Shown: positions 19,556 through 29,603 of the stretch, piece by piece
Layout of the letters: each line of letters opens with the position of its first letter
Position numbering within the stretch: the stretch's first letter is position 1
Assembly: GCA_963801605.1 (NCBI GenBank)
Contig: CAWDFP010000006.1
Coordinates: 672,001 to 736,000, forward strand
Source: an uncultured candidate division Zixibacteria bacterium
GTDB lineage: Bacteria > Zixibacteria > MSB-5A5 > UBA10806
DNA length: 64,000 nucleotides
Direction: 5' to 3'
Notes under the pieces: model-generated
Databases searched by the model: none
Told to the model about the DNA's origin: nothing
Seen by the model: only the letters and a program-made list of their open reading frames with translations
Position numbers and translations under genes: made by a program

Positions 19556-19825
19556 ACTTAACACCTTTCAAATATCTTTCCTGCTTGCCAAGATTTCTCA
19601 ACATATAACAAGTATAAATCTTGTTATAACTCATCAGACCAAAGTCCGATCTTAATAGATATCAGTAGAGATGGGGCCGAGATTTTGACACCTCCACCAT
19701 ATCCGGCTATGTCTGTTGGACATTAAATATCCCAAAAAGATTAGCGCCTTTAAGAATTATTATTGGAAAATCGAATAATAACTCAGTCGACGAAATATGA
19801 GGAGTTGTTCATTAACGATGAAAAT

Positions 19826-19853
19826 TGGGAGTCAGAGATTGCTCTGACTCCCA
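19826..19853. repeat. Perfect 12-bp inverted repeat, terminator or REP-like hairpin downstream of the GH38 gene
   Basis: TGGGAGTCAGAG-ATTG-CTCTGACTCCCA. Confidence 0.6.
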
Positions 19854-19881
19854 TAAATTTCACAATCCTTTGAACTTAATT

Positions 19882-22800
19882 CTACTTCTTTTTTGTGTCG
19901 TAAAAGAGCCAAATTGCAGGAACGTTCGTTTTTTCGACTCCCGGGCCTTCAACCGACAGCTCCAGTCCCTCGCCGCCCTTGGCCTGGAACATCGGAATAT
20001 AGATCGGATGATACCCAGCCTTAAGCGCAATTTCGCCGGGGACCTCGCCAGTGCCATGCAGGCCATCATTATTAATTACCAACGAATCGCCTATAAAAAG
20101 CATTGAACCGTCATCGGAGCTAAGATTGAATTCATAGAGTCCATCGGACGGGATTTTAATATATCCATTAAAAGTTAGCCCAAAATCCTCTTTCCTGGCT
20201 AATTCAGGAATTGTAATCGTATCGGCCGTAAAACTTTTTACCACTTTAACTGAATCGAAATTGGGAAGCCTTGACCATTCACCTTCAAAATATTTTGCTG
20301 TTAGTCCAGGTTGTGCTTTTATGATCTCGACGGCATCATGCGGTATGAGCTGATTGAAAGTTGCAGTCGTTACATAATGGTCATCGGACCCGTCGAGAAT
20401 AGCCCGCGATTTGACGGTGGTGGTTTTGGCTATTACAATTGGACCTGCATAGAGCGGTGAATCTTTCGTCGGTTCGCTGCCGTCTATTGTATAATGTACT
20501 TCGGCGCCGGGGATCGGGCAGCTTATTGTAGCCTCCACTTTATCGAGGAACGATTTTCGAGTCGCATGAATATCAGTCAATGTCGCTTTGGGGATATCGT
20601 AAAGCGGCATTCCGGCAGTTACGTCCTCTCTCTTTGTTTTAACAGCAGTCGCCGCCAGGATTCTGATATTCTGATTTTTCGGCAATGTAACAGATTTTGC
20701 CCCCGCCTCAAGATCGAGTGTTATCAGATAAAAATATGTGAACCGGTAGGCTTCATCCTCACCTTTGGCCGTGTGCCGATGAGTGCCATACCAGGCAACC
20801 GGAACGTCATTAACATATCCCGGCGCAATATCCTTAACGTCCTCGCGGATTTCACCTGCAATCACTCTGCTATTCCACTGGCCGATAAACTCGGCGTATT
20901 CGGGAATTGGGATTTTGGTTTCTTTGCTATCAACGGCAAAGGTCGCCATCGCTGGCCCTCCAACTGCGGTGCCGAGGATGTAGAGCTTGTTGATTTCGCC
21001 CTTGGGTATCGATAATGATTGCCCATCACAAGACAACACATTCTTCTGCCCATCCGCTTTCGGCCCGAATGCGTATGGCACATCAAGCCATGTCAGCGTA
21101 TCAGGCATCAGATCGCCGGAGATGGTGTTACCCTCACCGTCAAAATCGCCGTCTTTGCGGTTAGAATCGAAAGAGATACCATCAAGGTTGTAGGGAAGAC
21201 TTAGAGGCTGATAAACAGGATTTTGTCCTTGGGGTTTATGCATATCCTTAAGTAACTTCCCAAATTTAATTTTGTAGGCCTTAGGTTGATAAGGGCTCAG
21301 AGATATATAAACATAGCTCGCGTCGAATCCGGCCTTTCCTATTTCATCCTCAGCGCCGTTGACTTCCGTCGCCAACATAACAGGCCTGGGAGGAAAAAGG
21401 CGCAAATCCTGAGGCTTTCCATACAACTCCCGGAGTCTTACGACTAGATCGTCGCTGTCTTCAGCAAATTTAATTGAATTTACAATTACTTCCTTTGATG
21501 GATATGTACCAAAATAATCGCGTGAATATTTAACTGATAAACCTATTTGGAGGAAGTTTATATTCTTACCCAATTCTCCTTCGTGTGACGTCGTCACAAA
21601 CCCCATCAACGGCTGATTCAGCCGCGCCGCCTGCCAGACGACCGCGCCATCGCGCCAATCACCCTTGTGTCCGGTAATCGCATACTTGAAATTATGATGC
21701 CCATTATCCTGCGACTTTTGATCTCCCACCCAGTTCCAGCTTTCGTAAACGCCGGGAGTGTGAATGAGCGATAAACGCAAGGTGCTGCTATCAGGATGAT
21801 CCCAGCCGTATTTGCAATCGTTTAGGACAGCCACGCCGTAGCTGCCATCTTTGGCTGTCATATCGGCCCACTGCTGACCGGGGACCTCGTATTTCTTCGA
21901 CGTATTGATTCCGCGCTTGATCGTGCCTAGGCCGATATCATACGTCACTGAATCGTTCGGCGTAGCAAAATTAAATGCCGCTTTAAGCAACGTTTCGCGC
22001 TCATACCAATCGATATCATTATCAAATTCGATCCGATCGCCCGCATCGCCAGCCGCCAGGCTAATGGTAGTGCGAATCGTTGAATTATCGGTTTTCTGAG
22101 TAACCAATAGGCTCGCCTTGACCGGCCCGACATCGACAACTTCGATCTTCGTATTCTTAATTACGCCTGTCATCGGTGGTGCGATAATATCCTCATATTG
22201 AATCTCCCAGGCCGGCCATTGACCGGGCTTATCATGCAAAAATTGAAGCGCAAGGGGAGCAGAGAGAAGCTCGCGTTTGGCGAACCTTGTCATAAATTGA
22301 AGAAATTTCGCCTTTTTCGTTAAGTTCAACTTTATAGCGTTTGTTTTCAATTGAATTTTCTGTTGCACCTAATCCTGTTTGCATTTCACAAGGTTTATAT
22401 GCAGGACGAATATCATAAACCGTATAACCCACAGATGGCACTTTAGCGATGAATTGTAAGAGCATGCTATCACCCATGCATTCGATAATGCTTGATGGAA
22501 CTTCATAGCCATCGACCGCATACACCCGAAACGGCATGAAATTGCGTTCTTTCCCATCTATTATTTTTTTGCATGGAATTGTAACTTCGACAACATCCTC
22601 GCGATAAATCGAAAGCGGATTATAAACCACGATCGGAATCCCCTTGGCGCGGGTATCCATCACCGCCGCTGTGGCCTCAACTGCGTGGGTCAGCATCTGT
22701 GAAAAGCGGTTCTGGCAAAGAAGCTCATCGTTCCACGAAAACTGATATGCCTCGGGAATGCTGGTGCCGGTCAGGTCGTCATGAAACTGGTGCCATAAAA

Positions 22801-23868
22801 ATCTGATCCAGGTATTCTTCAAATCCTCTTTAGGATATGGCGCTCCGGCCACCAGATTGGCGATCACGCAAGCCCGCTCGGTGGCATCGGCCAAGAGTTC
22901 GTTCTTGCGGTTCCAGCGTTTCATCGCCGCCTCTGAGGTGTAACATCCGGTACCGTGACGGGTCATCAGGAGTTCGCCGTTGTAGGTAGACAAATTAGCG
23001 GATTTATCCGATTCAACAATTTCCGCCAGATTGTCAGATCCGATACTGTGAACTTTCAATGGCCCATCGCTTTTGATAGATTTCGAAAGCCAATCGACAG
23101 ATAACGAATCGGGCGATCCGCCGGTGTCGCCGGTGCCGAAATAGCGGTAAGCGGCGTAGAGGCCGGATGATTCACCCTGCTTGTTAATTTTGCCTATCCA
23201 GGTGGTATCACGGAGAGATCGCCTCTGATTTTGCTGACATAATCTCCGGGCTTGAGAGCGGCAACCATAGAGGAACCATCGACTCCCTGCCAGAGCCCGA
23301 TATCAAACGGTACTGGTACTGAGCAGCCCCAGGTAAGTTTTTGGGTTGAAAAACTCTGCAGGCCGCAATGCGCCGCAATCGATGGTAGCGCATAACCGAA
23401 TCCAAAACAGTCGGGAAGAAGGATATCTTTGCTGGTTTTGCCGAATTCCTTCTTGTAGAATCCATTGCCATATAATGTCTGACGAACCAGCGATTCAAAC
23501 GACGGCATGTTGACGTCGACAGCATCAACCCAGCTTCCCGCCAGATTCCATTGCCCGCGATCGATATATCCTTTGAGCTTGGCGTACTCGTCGGGATGAT
23601 ATTCCTTAAAGAGCATATACTTAAATGCGCCCTCGAAGCTGAATTTGTAATCGGGATAAAGATCCATCAGCTTGAAGTTATCACGAAACGTAGCAGGGAC
23701 ATATTCATTGATCGTATTCTGAATTGTCCAGCGCCACTGGGTATCAAGGTGCGATGTAGCCACCACATATAGATCGCGCTGTACTTTGGATGTATCACTC
23801 GAAGTTTGAGCCGTGCCCGCAACACACCAGCAAAGCACCATCATTATTGTCCCAACTATTTTTGGCAT
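19882..23868 (-). CDS. Secreted GH38 alpha-mannosidase with C-terminal Fn3-associated/chitobiase-C and PA14 domains; split by 2 single-base indels (about 23211 and 22284)
   Basis: SHLDTQWRW (Zn site), LLPDCFG (nucleophile), QFHDDLTGTS, LRLSLIHTP, YTIDGSEPT and SSDDGS.L.I...VINNDGLHG. The three ORFs join seamlessly after one-base corrections. Confidence 0.88.
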
Positions 23869-23894
23869 CTTTCACTCCCTCTCGCTAAGTTCGT

Positions 23895-23984
23895 GGATGG
23901 CGCACGTCCTCGTGTGCCATCCTGATATTAAAAGAATAACTAATCTTTTGTATTCTTGGGGCGGCAGCTGTCCCCGGCTGCCCC
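23895..23984. repeat. Two GC-rich intergenic palindromes (REP-like)
   Basis: GGATGGCGCACG-TCCT-CGTGTGCCATCC (23895-23922) and GGCAGCTG-TCCC-CGGCTGCC (23963-23982). Confidence 0.5.
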
Positions 23985-24038
23985 TTCTATGGTGTTCGCA
24001 ACCCTACAACTCGCCGACTCGCAACCGGCAACTCGTGA

Positions 24039-25374
24039 CTACTTTTTCCCCATCCCCCGCTGCTTCAATCTATCTAAAAGCACCGCCCCCAATATCACCA
24101 GTCCTAAAACGATTTTCTGCGTATAGGTTTCGACATTGGTCAGGTTCATCCCGTTTTGAATGACAGCGATAATAAACGCGCCAATCAGGGTTCCGAATAT
24201 TCGTCCCTCGCCCCCGGAAAGGCTCGTACCGCCTACCACAACGGCGGCTATAACATAAAGCTCGTAGGTTAATCCGTATGTGGGCGCGCCGCTTTTTAAT
24301 TGCGATGCCATCACTACGCCTCCTAACCCGGCTAACAAACCGCAGAGGAGATATACAAAAAACAATATCCGATGTACTCTGATCCCTGCAAGTCGCGAGG
24401 CTTCCATATTTCCGCCTACTGCGTAGACATATCTCCCGGTCGTGGTGCGTGTCATGAGGATATGAGCAGCAATATATAGGACAATCATAAGCAGGACAGC
24501 ATAAGGAATTTTGAGTAACGGCTCCGCGCCTCGCCCCAAAAGAATGAAAGCTATCCGGCAAATGGTAAATCGGTTTTCCCTCGGAGATGACATAAGCAAA
24601 TCCGGCCGCTACCTGCATCATAGCCAACGTGGCGATAAACGGCGGTATGCGGAACCGAGTTATCATCAGGCCACTGAATGCGCCGATAACTCCGCAAAGT
24701 GCAATTCCCAATATTCCCGAAAGAAGCATTCCCCAGAAAGTGGCGCTTTCACCTCCGACGCGCCCTACAAACCAGGTAGTCACTACAGCCGAGAGCGCAA
24801 TCAGGCTTCCGACGGAAAGATCAATCCCTGCCGTAATGATAACCAGTGTCATACCGATTGCGATAATAGCAATTACCGCAATCTGATTTGCTACGTTACG
24901 CAAATTATCGGGTAGTAGAAACGTTGGCCAGCGATAAGGAGGAGGAGACGCCACTATCGCGTCGGCGAATCCAGGCATTTTATTTTTGATCGAATATGCC
25001 ACCGGCGCTGATGCAAACGATGTTGCAATTATTGATATCGAATTTACATCGGGTAGATCGCTAATTTGCTTTCTAACGGTAATCGGATCGCCTGAAACCC
25101 TTTCAATAAAATCAAATCCTTCTTCCGATAGCCGTTTTTCAAGCGAGACGGCAAAAACCGTATCGTCGTCTGTATCGCGAGAAATAATTAAAATGCCAGT
25201 GTCGTGAGAATATGAAAAGAGCGCATTTGACAATGCTTTGGCCGCATCCTCTCCCACCGGATATTGATCTCGCAGCGTTAATATCGAAAATAAGATACCC
25301 AGGATGATGAGAATCCCCAGCATCCCATAGTTGCTAAAAAACCTGTTCAATACAATTTTGTAAGACTTTTCCAT
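24039..25374 (-). CDS. Monosaccharide ABC permease (RbsC family) with a large extracytoplasmic insertion; one indel at about 24548
   Basis: GMTLVIITAGIDLSVGS, IPPFIATLA, GRYVYAVGGN.EASRLAGI and YEL.VIAAVVVGGTSLSGGEG across two frames. Confidence 0.88.
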
Positions 25375-25388
25375 AATCTAATCTAATC

Positions 25389-25424
25389 CTGTCATTGCGA
25401 GTCCATATTGATTCGCAATGACAG
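25389..25424. repeat. Intergenic palindrome of GTCATTGCGAG...TCGCAATGAC type
   Basis: CTGTCATTGCGA / TCGCAATGACAG perfect 12-bp arms, extendable with G-T pairs. Confidence 0.65.
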
Positions 25425-25427
25425 TCT

Positions 25428-26924
25428 TTAAGTAGCTAATGCCATGATCTCCTCTTGCGTGGCGCTTTCCATATTGCTAATTTCGCCCGCAATTTGCCCT
25501 TCGCGCATGACAATTATTCGATCAGAAATCCCTAAGATTTCCAGCAAATCGGAAGATATCACTAAGACAACTTTTCCGTTTGATGCCAACTCGTTTATGA
25601 GCAAATACATTTCATGCTTGGCGCCTACGTCGATACCGCGGGTTGGCTCATCGAATATGATTATCTCGAAATTGGTTTCAAGCCAACGCGCTACCAAAAG
25701 CTTCTGCTGATTGCCGCCGGAAAGGTCCTCCGCCCGCTGCTCGGGATTAGAGAGACGTATATTAAGGGTTTGCACCTGCTTGGAAAACTTCTCCATTTCG
25801 AGTTTGGTATTTACAAATCCCAATTGAGACCAGTTTGGCAAATTTGGCAGAGCAAAATTTTCCCTGCAGGATGCCATGAGAACCAAACCCTGGGCTTTTC
25901 TGTCTTCTGTTAAAAGGCAAATTCCCTGATCAATTGCATCACGCGGAGATTTGATATCGCGAACTCGTCCGTCTATCGCAATTTGGCCGTCATCCTTGAT
26001 ATCCGCGCCAAAAATAAGCCGGGCAACCTCGGTTCGTCCAGCCCCCATTAATCCGGCGATTCCCAAAATTTCACCGCACCTTGCAGAAAAGGTTACATCC
26101 CTTACAGGGCCGCCCGAAAGATTTTTCACTTCAAAACAGATTTCGCCAATAGCCTTTTTTGTTTTTGGAAATTCTTCTTCAATCGGCCGTCCCACCATGC
26201 GAGAGATTAATTCAGTCCTTGAAATTTCGTTTATTTTCCAGGTGCCGAGAGTTGCTCCATCGCGCATGACCGTGACCCGATCCGCGATTTCGAATATCTC
26301 CTCCAGTCGATGTCCGATAAAAATGACTCCAATACCCTGCGCTTTAAGGTCACGTAATATCCCAAACAGACTTTCAACCTCATGCGGGGCCAGCGCCGCC
26401 GTGGGCTCATCCATAATCAGAATTTGCGACTCGCCGGCCAGCGCCTTGGCGATCTCAACAAGTTGCTGATGAGCAATACTGAGGTCACTTATCGCCGTTT
26501 CAGGATCGATTTTTAAATCTAATTTTTCAAAAAGTGAAACTGCATCTTTTTTTTCACGGCTCGGATTTATTAAACCATGCCGGGTGTTTTCGCGGCCCAA
26601 AAATATGTTAGCGTAAACAGGCAATGCCGGTATAAGGCTGAATTCCTGATAGATTGCGGCTATCCCCGCTTGACTGGCATCTTGTGGCGAACTAAAAGTG
26701 ACTTGTTTACTGCCCAGCCAAACTTCACCTGAATCAGCACTATGTGCTCCCGTGAGGATCTTTATAAGGGTACTTTTACCGGCGCCATTTTCGCCTACCA
26801 GGGCGTGAATCTCCCCCGGATAAAGCTCCAGCGAAGCCCGACTGATCGCCTTTACCCCCGGAAATGACTTGCGAATGTCTATCGTTCGTAAAAGGGGAGA
26901 GCTATTTGCAGTATCGGCTGCCAC
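25428..26924 (-). CDS. Monosaccharide ABC ATPase (RbsA family, two NBDs)
   Basis: GENGAGKSTL, MDEPTAAL, LTEDRK.QGL, LSGGNQQK and DEPTRGIDVGAK. Confidence 0.93.
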   Translation of the reverse strand: MAADTANSSPLLRTIDIRKSFPGVKAISRASLELYPGEIHALVGENGAGKSTLIKILTGAHSADSGEVWLGSKQVTFSSPQDASQAGIAAIYQEFSLIPALPVYANIFLGRENTRHGLINPSREKKDAVSLFEKLDLKIDPETAISDLSIAHQQLVEIAKALAGESQILIMDEPTAALAPHEVESLFGILRDLKAQGIGVIFIGHRLEEIFEIADRVTVMRDGATLGTWKINEISRTELISRMVGRPIEEEFPKTKKAIGEICFEVKNLSGGPVRDVTFSARCGEILGIAGLMGAGRTEVARLIFGADIKDDGQIAIDGRVRDIKSPRDAIDQGICLLTEDRKAQGLVLMASCRENFALPNLPNWSQLGFVNTKLEMEKFSKQVQTLNIRLSNPEQRAEDLSGGNQQKLLVARWLETNFEIIIFDEPTRGIDVGAKHEMYLLINELASNGKVVLVISSDLLEILGISDRIIVMREGQIAGEISNMESATQEEIMALAT

Positions 26925-26943
26925 GAACTATAAACCGATCTCT

Positions 26944-27885
26944 CTATTTATTAGCATCTGCTTTAGTAAACAATCCACAAGGAATCAGATTAACCGGCTC
27001 AACAGTTCCACCGGAGATATAAGTTTTTATTGATTCAATGGTTTTTCGTCCGATTTCATGCGGCTTCTGGATCACATCGGCGTAAATTTTCCCCTCTTTG
27101 ATCGCCTCGCGCGCTTCCGGAACGGCGTCGAATCCCACTATTTTCACCTTGCCGCTTTTGCCTGCCTTTTCTACAGCAGCCAACGCACCGAGCGCAGAAT
27201 CATCGTTTATGCCGAAAATTGCATCGAGTTCGGGATGAGCCTGTAAGATATCCTCCGCGGTGCGAAAGGCCTGGTCCTTGACACCATGGCCGGAAAGCTT
27301 CGCCACTAACTTTATATTTGGCGATTTGGCCAACTCATCTTCAAAACCCTTAACGCGCTGAATTACCGATTCAACTTCAGGATGATCTATTATCGCGACC
27401 TTACCGCTTCCCCCCAATGCCTGTGCGATTGCTTGCGCCGCCAATTGGCCTCCGGCAACGTTATCCGAGGCAGTATGACATACAATCTTTACGCCCTCGG
27501 CCAAACAGGCGATATCCGCGGTAAAAACCGGTATTCCCGCTGAGTTTGCGGCTGCGATTGCCGTGCCAATCGATTTAGAATCACAGGGGGATACAATAAT
27601 CGCGTCAACCTTTCGAACGATAAAATCCTGAATCTGATCTTTTTGCCTGGCGACATCAAACTCCCCGGCAGTCACCAGAAGTGTATATCCGTTTTCCTTG
27701 GCCGCCTCCTGCAATCCAGCCTCAAGGTCCTGATAAAAGGGATGTGTTCTGGTCAGAAGTGTTACGCCAATTGTCAAGTTGCTTCCCGGAGCGTTTTTAT
27801 TTTCAGTTTTCTTTTCGCTTTTTCCGCATCCGAATAATGATAGAGCAATAGACGCTGCGATTACAAAAATGTACAATCTACTCAT
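26944..27885 (-). CDS. Monosaccharide-binding lipoprotein (RbsB family)
   Basis: Lipobox LFGC after a hydrophobic leader (ATG at 27885 with GGAG); SDN..GG, R..GF, NDDSALGA and VGFDA. Confidence 0.9.
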   Translation of the reverse strand: MSRLYIFVIAASIALSLFGCGKSEKKTENKNAPGSNLTIGVTLLTRTHPFYQDLEAGLQEAAKENGYTLLVTAGEFDVARQKDQIQDFIVRKVDAIIVSPCDSKSIGTAIAAANSAGIPVFTADIACLAEGVKIVCHTASDNVAGGQLAAQAIAQALGGSGKVAIIDHPEVESVIQRVKGFEDELAKSPNIKLVAKLSGHGVKDQAFRTAEDILQAHPELDAIFGINDDSALGALAAVEKAGKSGKVKIVGFDAVPEAREAIKEGKIYADVIQKPHEIGRKTIESIKTYISGGTVEPVNLIPCGLFTKADANK

Positions 27886-28261
27886 TCTTTTCTCCGCGAA
27901 TAATTTTTTAATTTTCCGAAAATCGGAAATGCTTCTCGCTTCATCGCAAAATAAGAGAGACTTTCGATACTTTGTCAATCTCTTTAATAATATGAAGCAG
28001 GATAAATGGAATGTATCGTAAATCCTTAAATTTTAAATATGGCATCAAGCGGTGAGCATCGCCTGTCTCGAACCCCGGTCGTTATAGTAAGGTGTTGACA
28101 GTAACGGCATTGTGAAGGCCCGTTTAATTAATTAAAAATCGTTTTGGGCAGATAGAGATATTATATATATTATAGACAACGCTTTAAGTTTCTACGCGAC
28201 GAGGCCCGCGACGAAAATTGTAAAAGTTTCAAAATTAGGTGTTTGTTTTTAAGGAGGATTT

Positions 28262-29500
28262 ATGAGATTTCGGATCGCTTTGGCTTTTGGTGTTGTAGCA
28301 CTTGTCTTTCTTGTTTTTTCTATTCCGGGGATCGGACAAGCCCAGAGCCTGGAGCATGTTCTAACTTATTCCCTGCCCAGCGGAGCCCTTGGAGTATTTA
28401 TCGATTTTACTTATGCTTATGTCGCAAACGACTATGCCGGTTTCGAAATTATTGACATTTCCGACCCCTATAGCCCTTTTATTGCCGGAAGCTTTGACAC
28501 ACCCGGCTGGACAAGATGCGTCTATGTTCGAGATAATTACGCTTATGTCGCCGATGGTGATTCGGGAATGCAAATCGTCGATATCCTGAGTCCGTCAGCG
28601 CCTGTTGGTGTTGGAAGCATTGCTCTTGCCGGCTCGGCTCTCACGGTAGTCGTCTCTGGTAATTACGCTTATCTCGCTTGCGGGTATGGAGGTATGGCGG
28701 TTGTCGATATCGCTAATGCTGCAGCCCCGGCCCTGGTTGGAACTTACGCCACTCCGGGTTATCTCATGGGTGTGAGCCTTCAGGGAGCATACGCCTACGT
28801 AACCGCTAATTTCATGGAACCCGATTATGGCGAACTCCAGGCGGTGGATATCAGCGATCCGGCCAATCCCTCATATTATGCCGGCGGTCTTATACCGGAT
28901 GGTGGCGCGTATGGAGTGAATATCGATGGCAATTATGCCTATGTGGCCTCCTTCACTTATGGCCTGCATATATTTGATATCTCCTATCCTTACGCTCCAG
29001 TCTTTGCCGGAGATACTGATACTCCTGGCTCGGCCAAACATGTTATGCCATATAATGGTTATGCCTATTTGGCTGATGGTACCGCCGGGATAGAGCTATT
29101 CGATATCTCAAATCCCAATGGTCCGGTGCTGCTCGATAGTCTTGATACCCCCGGGATGGCCACTGAAGTTGCAGTCTCCGGCGATTATATCTTCCTGGCT
29201 GATGATAACGCTCTTCAGGTCTACAGGTTTTCCTCCCGACCGCCCTGCAATTACGTAGCGGGTGACATTAACGGCAGCAGATCGGCCAATGGGCTAGACG
29301 TTGTCTATGGAGTGCTCTATTTTAAGGGAGGCGACGTTCCGCCTATTTCATGCGATTGCCAACCCAATGGAGTTATGTATCCTGCGGGTGATGTCAATGG
29401 CTCATGCTCATTTAACGGTCTCGATATAACCTATTATGTGGGTTATCTAAAAGGAGGCTTGCCGTTGACGGGTTGTCCCGATTGCCCACCGGGAAGATAG
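28262..29500 (+). CDS. Secreted LVIVD-repeat beta-propeller protein with a C-terminal dockerin-like domain
   Basis: About seven GNYAYVA...G..I.DIS.P repeats, plus twin GD.NGS...NGLD..Y...Y.KGG motifs. AAGGAGG RBS. Confidence 0.85.
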   Translation: MRFRIALAFGVVALVFLVFSIPGIGQAQSLEHVLTYSLPSGALGVFIDFTYAYVANDYAGFEIIDISDPYSPFIAGSFDTPGWTRCVYVRDNYAYVADGDSGMQIVDILSPSAPVGVGSIALAGSALTVVVSGNYAYLACGYGGMAVVDIANAAAPALVGTYATPGYLMGVSLQGAYAYVTANFMEPDYGELQAVDISDPANPSYYAGGLIPDGGAYGVNIDGNYAYVASFTYGLHIFDISYPYAPVFAGDTDTPGSAKHVMPYNGYAYLADGTAGIELFDISNPNGPVLLDSLDTPGMATEVAVSGDYIFLADDNALQVYRFSSRPPCNYVAGDINGSRSANGLDVVYGVLYFKGGDVPPISCDCQPNGVMYPAGDVNGSCSFNGLDITYYVGYLKGGLPLTGCPDCPPGR

Positions 29501-29520
29501 CAAAAATAGTCGAAATTTTT

Positions 29521-29548
29521 GGGGCCCGCTAACGGGCCCCGTTTTTTT
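29521..29548 (+). terminator. Intrinsic terminator
   Basis: GGGGCCCG-CTAA-CGGGCCCC then G and T7. Confidence 0.8.
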
Positions 29549-29603
29549 GGTAATTATCTTTTATTAAGCGCTAACATTATAACGCGAAGATTGATTGGCC
29601 GAT

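Noticed and set aside
23190..23215. TAG readthrough or programmed frameshifting in GH38, hutH and others
   Set aside because: The continuations are in a different frame, and no slippery heptamer or stimulatory structure is shared among the sites.
27886..27978. N-terminal extensions in the ORF track (also 7485, 8866, 47897, 49146)
   Set aside because: Downstream ATGs have clear RBSs and give family-typical N-termini.
28040..28100. tRNA-like GGTTCGA on the minus strand
   Set aside because: No T-stem pairing, acceptor stem or cloverleaf can be built.
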